Source: Squalus acanthias
Taxonomy: Eukaryota
Length of the DNA stretch: 64,000 bases
Direction of reading: 5' to 3'
Assembly (NCBI GenBank): GCA_030390025.1
Contig: CM059432.1
Location: 110,610,001 to 110,674,000, forward strand
Numbering within the stretch: the stretch's first letter is position 1; every line of letters starts with the position of its first letter. Below are positions 25,821-36,049 of the stretch, one piece after another. The position numbers and the translations under genes were made by a program. The notes under the pieces were generated by a model. That model was not told where the DNA came from, did no database searches, and saw only the letters and a list, made by a program, of their open reading frames with translations.

Positions 25821-27040
25821 GCACCACCCATGCTGATGTCCTCTGTGAGAACACACTGTACAGGTAACTCTCTCACAACAAGCACTGCCACCAAACCATT
25901 TCCTAGATGGAACTGAGAAAGCAGCTATGAACACTGACCCTTTATTCATATTGGGCCTCCTGACATTTAACCACCTGATAAAGTGCCGCTCAATCTCACC
26001 TCGGTTTCGTTGCCAAGTTTCCCGAACCCCGGGAAACCCATGCAGCAGCCGTTAATTCTAAATAGGGCTCCCAATCGCATTACAGGAGTCTGATTTAAAT
26101 ATGTTAATACCAGACGCACCTCTCCACGACGAGATAATCAGACATACCAATATCCACGACTGCAAAAACGGCAATGGAGGCACAAGCGGCGGGTTAGGGT
26201 TGTGTTTCGCATAGATGACGGTTTAACTCACTCCTCCGAGCCTCTCCAGCCTGTCGGGAGGTTGTGGTTAATATCGAGGTCATTGTTTCTGAAAAGTACC
26301 CAGACCTGGAATTGAATCATTCTGAAGTGACGGTAAATTCTCAATGTTGACTTTCACAAGACCAAGAAGTGTTACCCATGGGGCAGTGCTACAAAAGCAC
26401 TAATTAAAATAAGTATTATTCCCAACAAACAATTCCTATCCCTGCTAGGAAGAGTCAAGTGAAGTGGACAGAGCGATCAGGTGCTATTCTAAAACAGTGA
26501 ACTGCAGAGGAATGATCCCACTGATTTACCACTAACCTCTTTCCTGGAACACAGGAAATAATATTTACCTCAATATATCAATTTATAATAAGACAAACTT
26601 GTGCTGAGGTACTTTTGATTGATCTCGGCTAACCATGTGACTTAATATATTATTATGCTCAATAGCTTGTTCGCAAAATTGAAAAGGGACAGTGGCAGCG
26701 TGGATACAAAATTGGTTAAGAGACAGAAAGCAGAAAGTGAATGGTTGTTTTTCAGACTGGAGTCAGGTATAAAGTGGTGTTCCCCAGGGGTCGGTATGAG
26801 GACCATTGCTCTTTTTGATATATATTAATGACCTGGACTTGGGTGTACAGGGCATAATTTCAAAGTTTGCGATTGACACAAAACTTGGAAACGTAGTAAA
26901 CAATGAGGAGGATAGTAACAGACTTCAGGAGGACATAAATAGACAGACTGGTAAAATGGGCAGATACATGGCAGTTAAAATTTAACGCAGAGAAGTGATA
27001 CATTTTGGTAGGAAGAATGAGGAGAGGCAATATGAACTAA

Positions 27041-27418
27041 TTTTTTTATTCGTTCCGGGATGTGGGCATCGCTGGCAAGGCCAGCATTTATTGCCCATCC
27101 CTAGTTGCCCTTGAGAAGGTGGTGGTGTGACTTGCTCGGCCATGTCAGAGGGCAGTTAAGAGTCAACCACATTGCTGTGGGTCTGGAGTCACATATAGGC
27201 CAGACCAGGTAAGGATGGCAGATTTCCTTCCCTAAAGGAACCAGATGTGTTTTTACAACAATCCGATAGTTTCATGGCTAGCTTTATATTCCAGATTTAA
27301 TTAACTGAATTTAAATTCCCCAGCTGCCATGGTGGGATTTGAACGCACTTCTCCGGATCATTAGTCCCGGCCTCTGGGTTACTAGTCCAGTAACATAACC
27401 GCTCGGCTACCGTACCCC
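27041..27418 (-). mobile_element. tRNA-derived SINE with a LINE-derived 3' tail
   Basis: On -: A-box-like GGTAGCCGAGCGG, B-box GTTCAAATCC and poly(A). The last ~85 nt are nearly identical to the LINE end at 60586-60677. Confidence 0.85.
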
Positions 27419-27983
27419 TAAATGGTACAATTTTAAAGTGGGTGCAGGAACAGAGAGACCTCGGGACGGATGTACACAAATCTTTGAAGGTGGCAGGACA
27501 AATTGAGAAGGCTGTTAAAAAACATACGGGATCCTTGGCTTTATAAATAGAGGCATGGGGCTAGAAATTGCTCCCCTCAGCGCCACTCCGTAGCGCCATT
27601 AAATGGCTCTAAAATGCCGGCCACCGCACTTTAGCCAGCTGGTAGTGGGTCCGACTTAATGTCACCAACGCGAACTTCAACCCTAACGCTGAATTCAGCG
27701 CCGGGTCCTAAGCACGCCAGGTTAACCTGGCGTACAAGCAGGCTAACAGTGGCGATGTCAGCACCTCTTAAAGGGAAACACATATAAGAACATAAGAACA
27801 TAAGCAATAGGAGCAGGAGTAGACCAATCGGCCCCTCGAGCCTGCTCAGCTATTCAATGAGATCATGGCTGATCTGATCCAACCTCAACTCTAAAGAACA
27901 CAAGAAGCAGGAGCAAGACCAGGCCACTCGGCCCCTGGGCCCGCTCCTTCACCCACAGGGCCTTGACCGATCCGAACTCAAAC

Positions 27984-30924
27984 TCATGTCCAATTTCCAG
28001 CCCGCTCCCCGTAACCCCTGATTCCCTTTACTTCTAGGAAACGGTCTATTTCTGTTTTAAATTTATTTAATGAAGTAGCTTCCACAGCTTCCTGGGGTAG
28101 CAAATTCCACAGACCCACTACCCTCTGAGTGAAAAAGTTTCTCCTCATCTCAGTTTTGAAAGAGGAGCCCCTTATTCTAAGATTATGTCCCCTAGTTCTA
28201 GTTTCACCCATAATTGGGAACATCCTCACCGCGTCCACCCGATCAAGCCCCTTCACAATCTTATATGGTTCAATAAGATCGCCTCTCATTCTTCTGAACT
28301 CCAATGAGTAGAGTCCCAATCTACTCAACCTCTCCTCGTATGTCCACCCCCTCATCCCCGGAATTAACCGAGTGAACCTTTGTACTGCCTCGAGAGCAAG
28401 TATGTCTTTTCTTAAGTATGGACACCAAAACTGTATGCAGTACTCCAGGTGCGGTCTCACCAATACCCTATACAACTGCAGCAATACCTCCCTGTTTTTA
28501 TATTCTATCCCCCTAGCAATAAAAGCCAACATTCCATTGGCTTTCTTGATCACCTGCTGCACCTGCATACTAACTTTTTGATTTTCTTGCACCATGACCC
28601 CCAGATCCCTTTGTACTGCAGTACTTTCCAGTTTCTCGCCATTAAGATAATAACTTGCTCTCTGATTTTTCCTGCCAAAGTGCATAACCTCACATTTTCC
28701 AATATTGTATTGCATCTGCCAAATCTCTGCCCATTCACCCAGCCTGTCTATATCCCCTTGTAGGTTTTTTATGTCCTCCTCACTCTCTACTTTCCCTCCC
28801 TCCCATCTTTGTATCATCTGCAAACTTTGATATGTTACACTCGGTCCCCTCCTCCAAATCGTTAATATAGATTGTAAAGAGTTGGGGACCCAGCACCGAC
28901 CCCTGCGGAACACCACTGGCTACTGGTTGCCAGTCCGAGAATGAACCATTTATCCCAACTCTCTGCTTCCTGTTAGATAACCAATCCTCCACCCATGCCA
29001 GAATATTACCCCCAATCCAGTGATTTTTTATCTTGAGTAATAATCTTTTATGTGGCACCTTGTCGAATGCCTTCTGGAAGTCTAAATACACTACATCCAC
29101 TGGTTCCCCTTTATCCACCCTGTACGTTATGTCCTCAAAGAACTCGAGCAAATTTGTCAGACATGACTTCCCCTTCATAAAGCCATGCTGACTTTGTCCT
29201 ATTAAATTATGTTTATCTAAATGTTCCGTTACTGTCTCCTTAATAATAGACTCCAAAATTTTACCCACCACAGATGTTAGGCTAACTGGTCTATAATTTC
29301 CAGCCTTCTGCCTACAACCCTTTTTAAATAAGGGTGTTACATTAGCAGTTTTCCAATCTGCTGGGACCTTTGCTGAGTTCAGGGAGTTTTGGAAAATTAT
29401 TACCAAAGCATCCAGAATTCCAACTGCCACTTCCCTCAAGACCCTGGGATGTAAGCCATCAGGTCCAGGGGATTTATTCGCCTTGAGTCCCATTATTTTA
29501 CTGAGTACCAATTCCTTAGTGATTTTAATCGTATTTAGCTCCTCCCCCACTAGAGCCCCCTGTTTGTCCAGTGTTGGGATATTCTTAGTGTCCTCTACCG
29601 TAAAGACTGAAACAAAATATTTGTTCAGCATTTTTGCCATCTCCATGTTTCCCACCATTAATTTCCCGGTCTCATCCTCTAAGGGACCAACGTTTGCCTT
29701 AACCACCCTTTTTCTTTTTATATAACTATAGAAACTCTTGCTATCTGTTTTTATATTTTTTGCTAATTTATTTTCATAGTCTATTTTCCCTTTCTTAATC
29801 AATCCTTTAGTTACTTTTTGCTGTCTTTTGAAGACTTCCCAATCTTCTATCCTCCCACTAACTTTGGCTACCTTATATGTCCTTGTTTTTAGTTGGATAC
29901 TTTCTTTAACTTCTTTACTTAGCCATGGATGGCTGTCATTTCTTTTACACCCTTTTTCCCTCAGTGGAATATATTTATTTTGAAAGTTGTAAAATAACTC
30001 CTTGAATGAACACCACTGCTCATGTACCGTCTTACCCTTTAATCTATTTTCCCAGTCCACTTTAATCAATTCTGCTCTCATACCATCATAGTCTCCTTTA
30101 TTCAAGCTCAGTATGCTTGTTTGAGAACCAACCTTCTCACCCTCTAATTGGATATGGAATTCAACCATGTTATGGTCACTCATTCCAAGGGGATCCTTAA
30201 CTAGGACATTATTAATTAATCCTGACTCATTACACAGGACCAGGTCCAAGGTTGCTTGCCCCCTTGTAGGACCAGTTACATACTGCTCAAGAAATCCATC
30301 CCTAAGACACTCAATAAACTCTTCCTCAAGGCTGCCCTGCCCAATTTGATTTGTCCAGTTAATATGATCGTTAAAATCCCCCATAATTATAGCTGTTCCC
30401 TTATTACATGCCCCAACTATTTCCTGATTAATACTTCTTCCAACAGAGTTGCAACTATTAGGAGGCCAATATACTACGCCCACCAGTGTTTTTTTCCCCT
30501 TATTATTCCTTATCTCTACCCAAACTGTTTCATTATCCTGATCTTTTGACCCAATATCATTTCTCTGTATTACAGTGATTCCTTCCTTTATTAACATAGC
30601 CACACCCGCTCCCCTTCCTTCCTGCCTGTCCTTCCTGATTGTTAAATACCCTGGCATATTTAATTCCCAGACGTTGTCACCCTGCAGCCATGTTTCTGTA
30701 ATGGCCACAAGATCATACCCATACATAGTTATTTGTGCCGTTAACTCGTCCATTTTGTTACGAATGCTACGTGCATTCAGATAAAGAACTTTCAAATGTG
30801 TTTTGTGACACTTACTTCCTGCTTTTTCCTTATTTAACACTTTACCTTTTACTCCATACCTTCTGTCCCTTCCTGACATGCTTTCCTCTGTCTCCCTGCT
30901 CAGGTTCCCAACCCCCTGCCACAT
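27984..30924 (-). pseudogene. CR1 ORF2 (AP endonuclease plus reverse transcriptase), one frameshift just after FADD
   Basis: The 714-aa ORF has [38 protein letters not shown] and FADD. It continues in ORF 27984-28916. An apparent 4-bp CCCT duplication at ~28793-28804 shifts the frame. Confidence 0.93.
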
Positions 30925-31318
30925 TAGTTTAAATCCTCCCCAACAGCACTAGCAAACACTCCCCCTAGGACAGCGGTCCCGGCCCTTCCCAGGTGCAGAA
31001 CATCCGGTTTGTACTGGTCCCACCTCCCCCAGAACCGGTTCCAATGTCCCACGAATTTGAATCCCTCCCCCTTGCACCATTCCTCTAGCCACGTATTCAT
31101 TTGAAATATCCTCCTATTTCTACTCTGACTAGCACGTGGCACTGGTAGCAATCCTGAGATTACTACCTTTGAGATCCTATTTTTTAATTTACCTCCTAAC
31201 TCCCTATATTCTGCTTTTAGGACCTCATCCCGTTTTTTACCTATATTGTTGGTGCCTGTGTGCACCACGACAGCTGGCTGTTCGCCCTCCCCCTCCAAAA
31301 TGTTCTGTAGCCACTCCG
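30924..31318 (-). pseudogene. CR1 ORF1 SGNH/GDSL esterase domain, 5'-truncated
   Basis: EGEQPAVVVHTGTNNIG...VVISGLLPVP...YKPDVLHL. Homologous to the end of the ORF1 at 63460-64000. Confidence 0.88.
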
Positions 31319-31469
31319 TTTGTAAGTTTGTATTTAAACTTTTGGAGTATATTTTTTTAATTTTATTGAAGTAGTGGCTTGATAAATAGATGTTAAAAGT
31401 TTTAAGTGTGTAGTGAGTGCTGCTGGATGCTTGCAAGGGCTCGGATGGTAAATGAAGACCTTTGAGAAG

Positions 31470-31610
31470 AGAGAACATGCTGCAAACACTCAGCAGGTGA
31501 GGCAACATCTGTGGAGAGAAAAACAGATTTCACGTCTCAGATCGAGATGCTGCCTGACCTGCTGAGTATTTCCAGCACTTTATACTGTCATTTCAGATTG
31601 ACAGCATCCG
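31470..31610. mobile_element. Fold-back fragment, probably Penelope-derived
   Basis: CTCAGCAGGTGAGGCAACATCT ... AGATGCTGCCTGACCTGCTGAG are inverted arms. Same family as 45544-45689. Confidence 0.6.
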
Positions 31611-31709
31611 CTCACAGAGGGAAGAGGAAGAATCCGCTCACAGAGGGAAGAGGAAGAATCCGCTCACAGAGGGAAGAGGAAGAATCCGCTCACAGAGGGA
31701 AGAGGAAGA
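31606..31709. repeat. 26-bp tandem repeat ATCCGCTCACAGAGGGAAGAGGAAGA x4
   Basis: Units start at 31606, 31632, 31658 and 31684. Confidence 0.95.
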
Positions 31710-32508
31710 AGCCAAAGAGGAGGAATCAGACGGAATGATGCATCCCAGACAGCCCCTTTCTGGCCAGAATATCTGGGATGGAATCATCCACCTACGGTCC
31801 CAGTGACCACAACCCCAATTCTCCTTTCAACATTAGTCCCACACCTTACCTTCCCTCTGTAACTGACCATCACAATGTCCTCTTGGCCACGATGCTGAAA
31901 TAAAATCCACCACAAAGCAAACTTTCCAATGCACCTATATACATCTATCCATTCAATGTGACATCAAGAAATCAACTCATCACCGGTATGCATTCTCTTA
32001 GTGAGTGCCTTTGCCTATCCTACTGATGTCACGCAGTGCTACCCCAGTGACTGCAGCATGGCTGACTTTCAGTAGGGGACACTGCAAATGTCCTTGCTGG
32101 TCGACCTTGAGGAGCCAGTGGCTGGGAGTGTGAAATCAATCTTCTTCTGTTCTTGTTCTTCTTCACTCTCCTCTCCCTCTTCTTGGTCACCCACTGGCTG
32201 GGTAGGCTGGATTTCTTGGGTGTGTGAAATGGGAAAGGCACAAGGGTGGAGTTGTGGTAAGGGGAGGGTCGGAAAGCATGAGGTGCATGCCAGAAGGAGG
32301 ATAACGTACAAGGATACCAGCATCTTGTATCCTTTCAGCCCCACCACTGGCCAAGGGCTCAGCCATGCCCCTGCCACGAATGGCCGGCACCGTCTTCTCC
32401 AAGGGGATGAGGTGAGGCTAGGAATGGAAGATGTGCCTTGTGATTGGTGCAGATTGTTGGTAGGTGAGTGATTGGGGATAGGGGTCATGCACTGAGCAGT
32501 GTGTGAGG

Positions 32509-32772
32509 CTAGTGATGCAGTTGGTAGGAGACAGCTTTTGAAGATGCATTCACTGACCTTGACCAGTGAAGCTTCTTTGGGCACTGGAGCCGGGTCATGG
32601 GGGTGACACTTCTGGCAGTGATGGCCTCGGTGATCTGGTCCCACATTGTTCTTTCTGGAGGGCCTCCTGGCCCCTGTGGGTAGAGGCCGCTCTTGCAGTG
32701 TTGACCCCCTGCATAAAGCTGGAGTGCTGTGTGCGAGACCCTGGGTGCCCCTTCCCTGGCTTGCTGAGCCAT
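32509..32772 (-). pseudogene. Harbinger Myb/SANT-like DNA-binding protein remnant
   Basis: MAQQAREGAPRVS...LYP...WDQITEAITARSVTPMTRLQCPKKL has the same pattern as the Myb remnants at 46267 and 54965. Confidence 0.75.
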
Positions 32773-33304
32773 TTGTGTTTGTGCTAAGGCATTTTTCCCA
32801 TTTTTTGAGGTTAGGAAGGGAATTCAGTTTTAAGAGCTGAATATTCACATTTGGGACTGCTTTTTAATGTTAAATATTTTTTTAAAAGACAGAAAGGGCT
32901 GAAAACTGCATTGTTTCACTTCATTTTATTTTGTATTGCTTCAGTGTGCGTGGCCCCTTTAATTCTCAGACCTCTTCATTGCCCACAATTCCTTGCGAGC
33001 TTCACAGCCTCACTCCCAGAGACTGTGGGAAGCTCCAATACTGCACTTGTACAGGAACTTCGGGTTGGATACCTCCAGCAATAATACCAGGATGGCGTTG
33101 CACGGCAGGTAAGCACTGCGCCAACAATCACCATTCCCCCCACCAGATGAATTTTGCTCCGTTAGCGTTGCGGCCATTTTCAGCGGCCGTTAACTCCAGG
33201 TGCCGGTGACACTGGCAACTTTACTGGCTAAAATGAATTTCTCCCCCATCGAGTGCCCAAGCCAGGAAGTTATGCTAAACCTTTATAAAACACTGGTTAG
33301 GCCT

Positions 33305-33585
33305 GATATCTCATTCAAAAGGTCCAGGTTTAAATACCAGCTTCTACTGCCATGCCTATTCAATCACTTTCAATAAACAACTCATAGAATCATAGAATGA
33401 TACAGTATGGAAGGGGGCCATTCGGCCCATTGTGCATCTGCTGGCTTGTTGGTAGAGCTATCCATTTAGTCCTACACCCCTTCATTTATTTCATTAGGAG
33501 CATGGATTTGCTGAGGATGTGAATAAGCAATCCTGAAAAACTCAAGCCAACCTCACCACTGCTTATTCCTTCTAAGCCATAACTG
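33305..33585. other. Templated insertion: inverted copy of 34027-34204 plus direct copy of 34656-34750/35457-35468
   Basis: Direct alignment by eye. CCTT microhomology at the internal junction. Confidence 0.9.
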
Positions 33586-34202
33586 AGCTGGAGTATTGTG
33601 TTCAATTCTGGGCACCGCACTTTAGGAAGGATGTCAAAGCCTTTGCGAGGGTGCAGAAGAAATTTACTTGCATGGTACCGGGGATGAGGGATTACAGTTA
33701 TGTGGAGAAACTGGAGAAGCTGGGGTTGTTCTCCTTAGAGCAGAGAAGGTCAAGAGGAGATTTGATAGAGGTGTTCAAAATCATGAAGGGTTTAGAGAGA
33801 GTAAATAAAGAGAAACTGTTTCCAATGGTTGAAGGGTCGATAAACAGAGGACACAGATTTAAGGTAATTGCCAAAAGAACCAGAGGCAAGATGAGGAAAC
33901 ATTTTTTTACACAGTGAGTGGAATGCGCTGCCTGAAAGGGTGGTGGAAGCAGATTCAATAGTAACATTCAAAAGGGAATTTGATAAATAGTTGAAGGGAG
34001 AAAATTTACAGGGCTGTGGGGAAGAAAAGGGGTGTAGGACTAAATGGATAGCTCTACCAACGAGCCAGCAGATGCACGATGGGCCGAATGGCCCCCTTCC
34101 ACACTGTATCATTCAATGATTCTATGAGTTGTTTATTGAAAGTGAGTGAATAGGCATGGCAGTAGAAGCTGGTATTTAAACCTGGACCTTTTGAATGAGA
34201 TA

Positions 34203-34518
34203 TCTGTGCTCCTCTAATTCTGCCCTCTTGAGCATCCCTGATTATACTTGCCCAACCCTTGGTGGCCATGCCTTCTGTTGCCTAGGCCCTAAGCTCTAGA
34301 ATTCTCTGCCTAAACCTGTCCGCCTCGCTACCTCTCTTTCCTCCTTTAAGACGCTCCTTAAAACCTACCTCTTTGACCAAGCTTTTGGTCACCTGCCCTA
34401 ATTTATCCTTATGTGGCTTGGTGTCAAATTTTTTTGTCTTAAAATACTCCTGTGCAGCCCCATGGGACATTTTACTACTTTAAAGGCGCTATATAAATAC
34501 AAGTTGTTGTTGTTGTTG
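34203..34518 (+). mobile_element. L2-type LINE 3' end
   Basis: GGTGGCCATGCCTTC...CTCCTTAAAACCTACCTCTTTGACCAAGC...AAAGGCGCTATATAAATACAAG(TTG)n. Confidence 0.75.
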
Positions 34519-34750
34519 AAAGTCCAACACTATTAGACTGCTATCCAATGGATGCTTTAGTGTGTATTCCTCAACTTGTATTCACATTGAGCTTAAGTGA
34601 GTTGTTTCAGGGTCTCTTTCTATACATCATGAGAGATAGAAATATCAGATCTCAGCCTTCATTTATTCCATTAGGAGCATGGATTTGCTGAGGATGTGAA
34701 TAAGCAATCCTGAAAAACTCAAGCCAACTTCACCACTGCTTATTCCTTCT

Positions 34751-35445
34751 GGTACATCAGCGAGACCATGCAGACACTGAGACAACGTATGAACGAGCAC
34801 CGCGCAACAATCACCAGGCAGAATTGTTACCTCCCAGTCGGGGAACACTTCAGCAGTCAAGGACATTCAGCCTCGGATCTGCGGGTAAGCGTTCTCCAAG
34901 GCAACCTTAGGAACACACGACAGCGCAAAATCATCGAGCAGAAACTGATAGCCAAGTTCCGCACTCATGAAGACGGTCTCAACCGGGATCTTGGGTTTAT
35001 GTCACGATACATGACGTGATCCGGACTCGAGTCGTCGTTGGCTTGTTCACAGATGTGATTCCCAGTAAAAAAGTAAAAATTTTCCCAGTAAAAAAGTAAA
35101 TTTTTTTTACAGCTTATCGTTTTACATACAGACGGCAGCTTTTGACACGTTAGACCCCCTGCGACTCCACCTCATTGTCTCAGTTGTATCTTGCTATGTC
35201 TTTGATGTGGTACCTTCCTGGCTGACCTGATTAACTTTATCACACCTCGGCAGATAGTCAGGATGATTTAATTTAGTTGTCTGCAATTGTAAGGTACACA
35301 TGCATTGTTCTCTATCTATATATGCTTTGTCGAGTCTGTATTTCTTTACTACTTCACCTGAGGAAGGGGCGATCGATAGCTCCGAAAGCTTGTGATTTCA
35401 AATAAAACTGTTGGACTATAACCTGGTGTTGTGCGACCTCTCAAT
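34751..35445 (+). mobile_element. 5'-truncated Penelope-like element (GIY-YIG endonuclease C-terminus plus 3' UTR)
   Basis: YISETMQTLRQRMNEHR...PVGEHF...RKIIEQKLIAKFRTHEDGLN. 11-bp TSD TTATTCCTTCT at 34740-34750 and 35446-35456. Confidence 0.9.
35354..35395 (+). ncRNA. Minimal hammerhead ribozyme motif in the Penelope 3' UTR
   Basis: TCAC-CTGAGGA-A-GGGGC-gatcgata-GCTCC-GAAA-GCTT-GTGA: CUGANGA and GAAA boxes, stem II, stem I TCAC/GTGA and a palindromic AAGCTT stem III. Confidence 0.7.
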
Positions 35446-35859
35446 TTATTCCTTCTAAGCCATAACTGTTTAAACAGAATGGTGTGGCAGATAACACGGA
35501 GTTTGTTAAAATCTGCTCAATTTGCTGGATATAAGGTTAGGTAGCATATTTTCCAGTCTCATGCTCAACATCCCAGCTGGGAATTTGAAATGGAGACTAA
35601 AAAGGGCAATTAAGCAATAAAGGGCAAGTACTGATCTGCTTTACTGTTCAGTGAAATTACCAACCCTGGCCAGATAATAAATCGACAAATACATTCTTTC
35701 AGTAAATAAGTTGAATTGTACTGCCCAGTTAGTGTAACCCCTACTAACACAAATGGTCATTTAATGGGAGAGTTAATGCCTTTATGTTCTACAAAGGTTT
35801 CTTAATACAATAGGCATAACTATATAAGAGAAATGTTTTAAGGATGGACTTTCCATTAG

Positions 35860-36049
35860 CTGGGGTAGATCTTGACTTTGTGTAATAATATAAAACGGGT
35901 GATAGCGAGGCGGCAGCCCACTTTGCATCTCCCCTGATTCTTATTTCCATTGAAGTCAATAGAAGTAAGAATGGGGAGAGATGTAGAATGGGCTGCCGAC
36001 TCGCTATCACCAGTTTTACACTATTGCACCAAGTCATGATCTACCCCAG
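35860..36049. mobile_element. Palindromic (fold-back) MITE
   Basis: CTGGGGTAGATCTTGACTT ... AAGTCATGATCTACCCCAG. The arms pair imperfectly inward to a central ATTGAAGTCAAT. Confidence 0.75.

Larger units (their letters stand above)
21060..26281. mobile_element. Decayed PIF/Harbinger transposon (Myb-gene 3' end on +, transposase on -), left end missing, interrupted by a CR1
   Basis: 21060-21150 is homologous to 49700-49790. Transposase remnants lie at 21480-21565 and 24841-25820. Right end TTAATATCGAGGTC at ~26281. Confidence 0.75.
27783..31318 (-). mobile_element. Near-complete CR1 LINE (3' part of ORF1, ORF2, doubled 3' tail)
   Basis: ORF1 esterase and ORF2 APE-RT are colinear. (CATAAGAA)n tail at 27783. 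Confidence 0.96.
27558..33247. mobile_element. Internally deleted PIF/Harbinger element carrying a nested CR1
   Basis: TIRs GGGCTAGAAATT / AATTTCTCCCCC with a decayed 3-bp TSD (ATG/ATC). Myb-like remnant at 32509-32772 (-). Probable acidic transposase tail at ~31700-31806 (+). Confidence 0.8.
26690..34127 (+). mobile_element. CR1 LINE RT/3' fragment split into pieces (26690-27040, 27419-27557, 33248-33304, 33586-34127) by later insertions
   Basis: The pieces join colinearly: ...AAATAGAGGCAT | GAGT...GGAAGTTATGCTAAACC...GGTTAGGCCT | AGCTGGAGTATTGTG... The tail ends GATTCTATGA. Confidence 0.85.
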
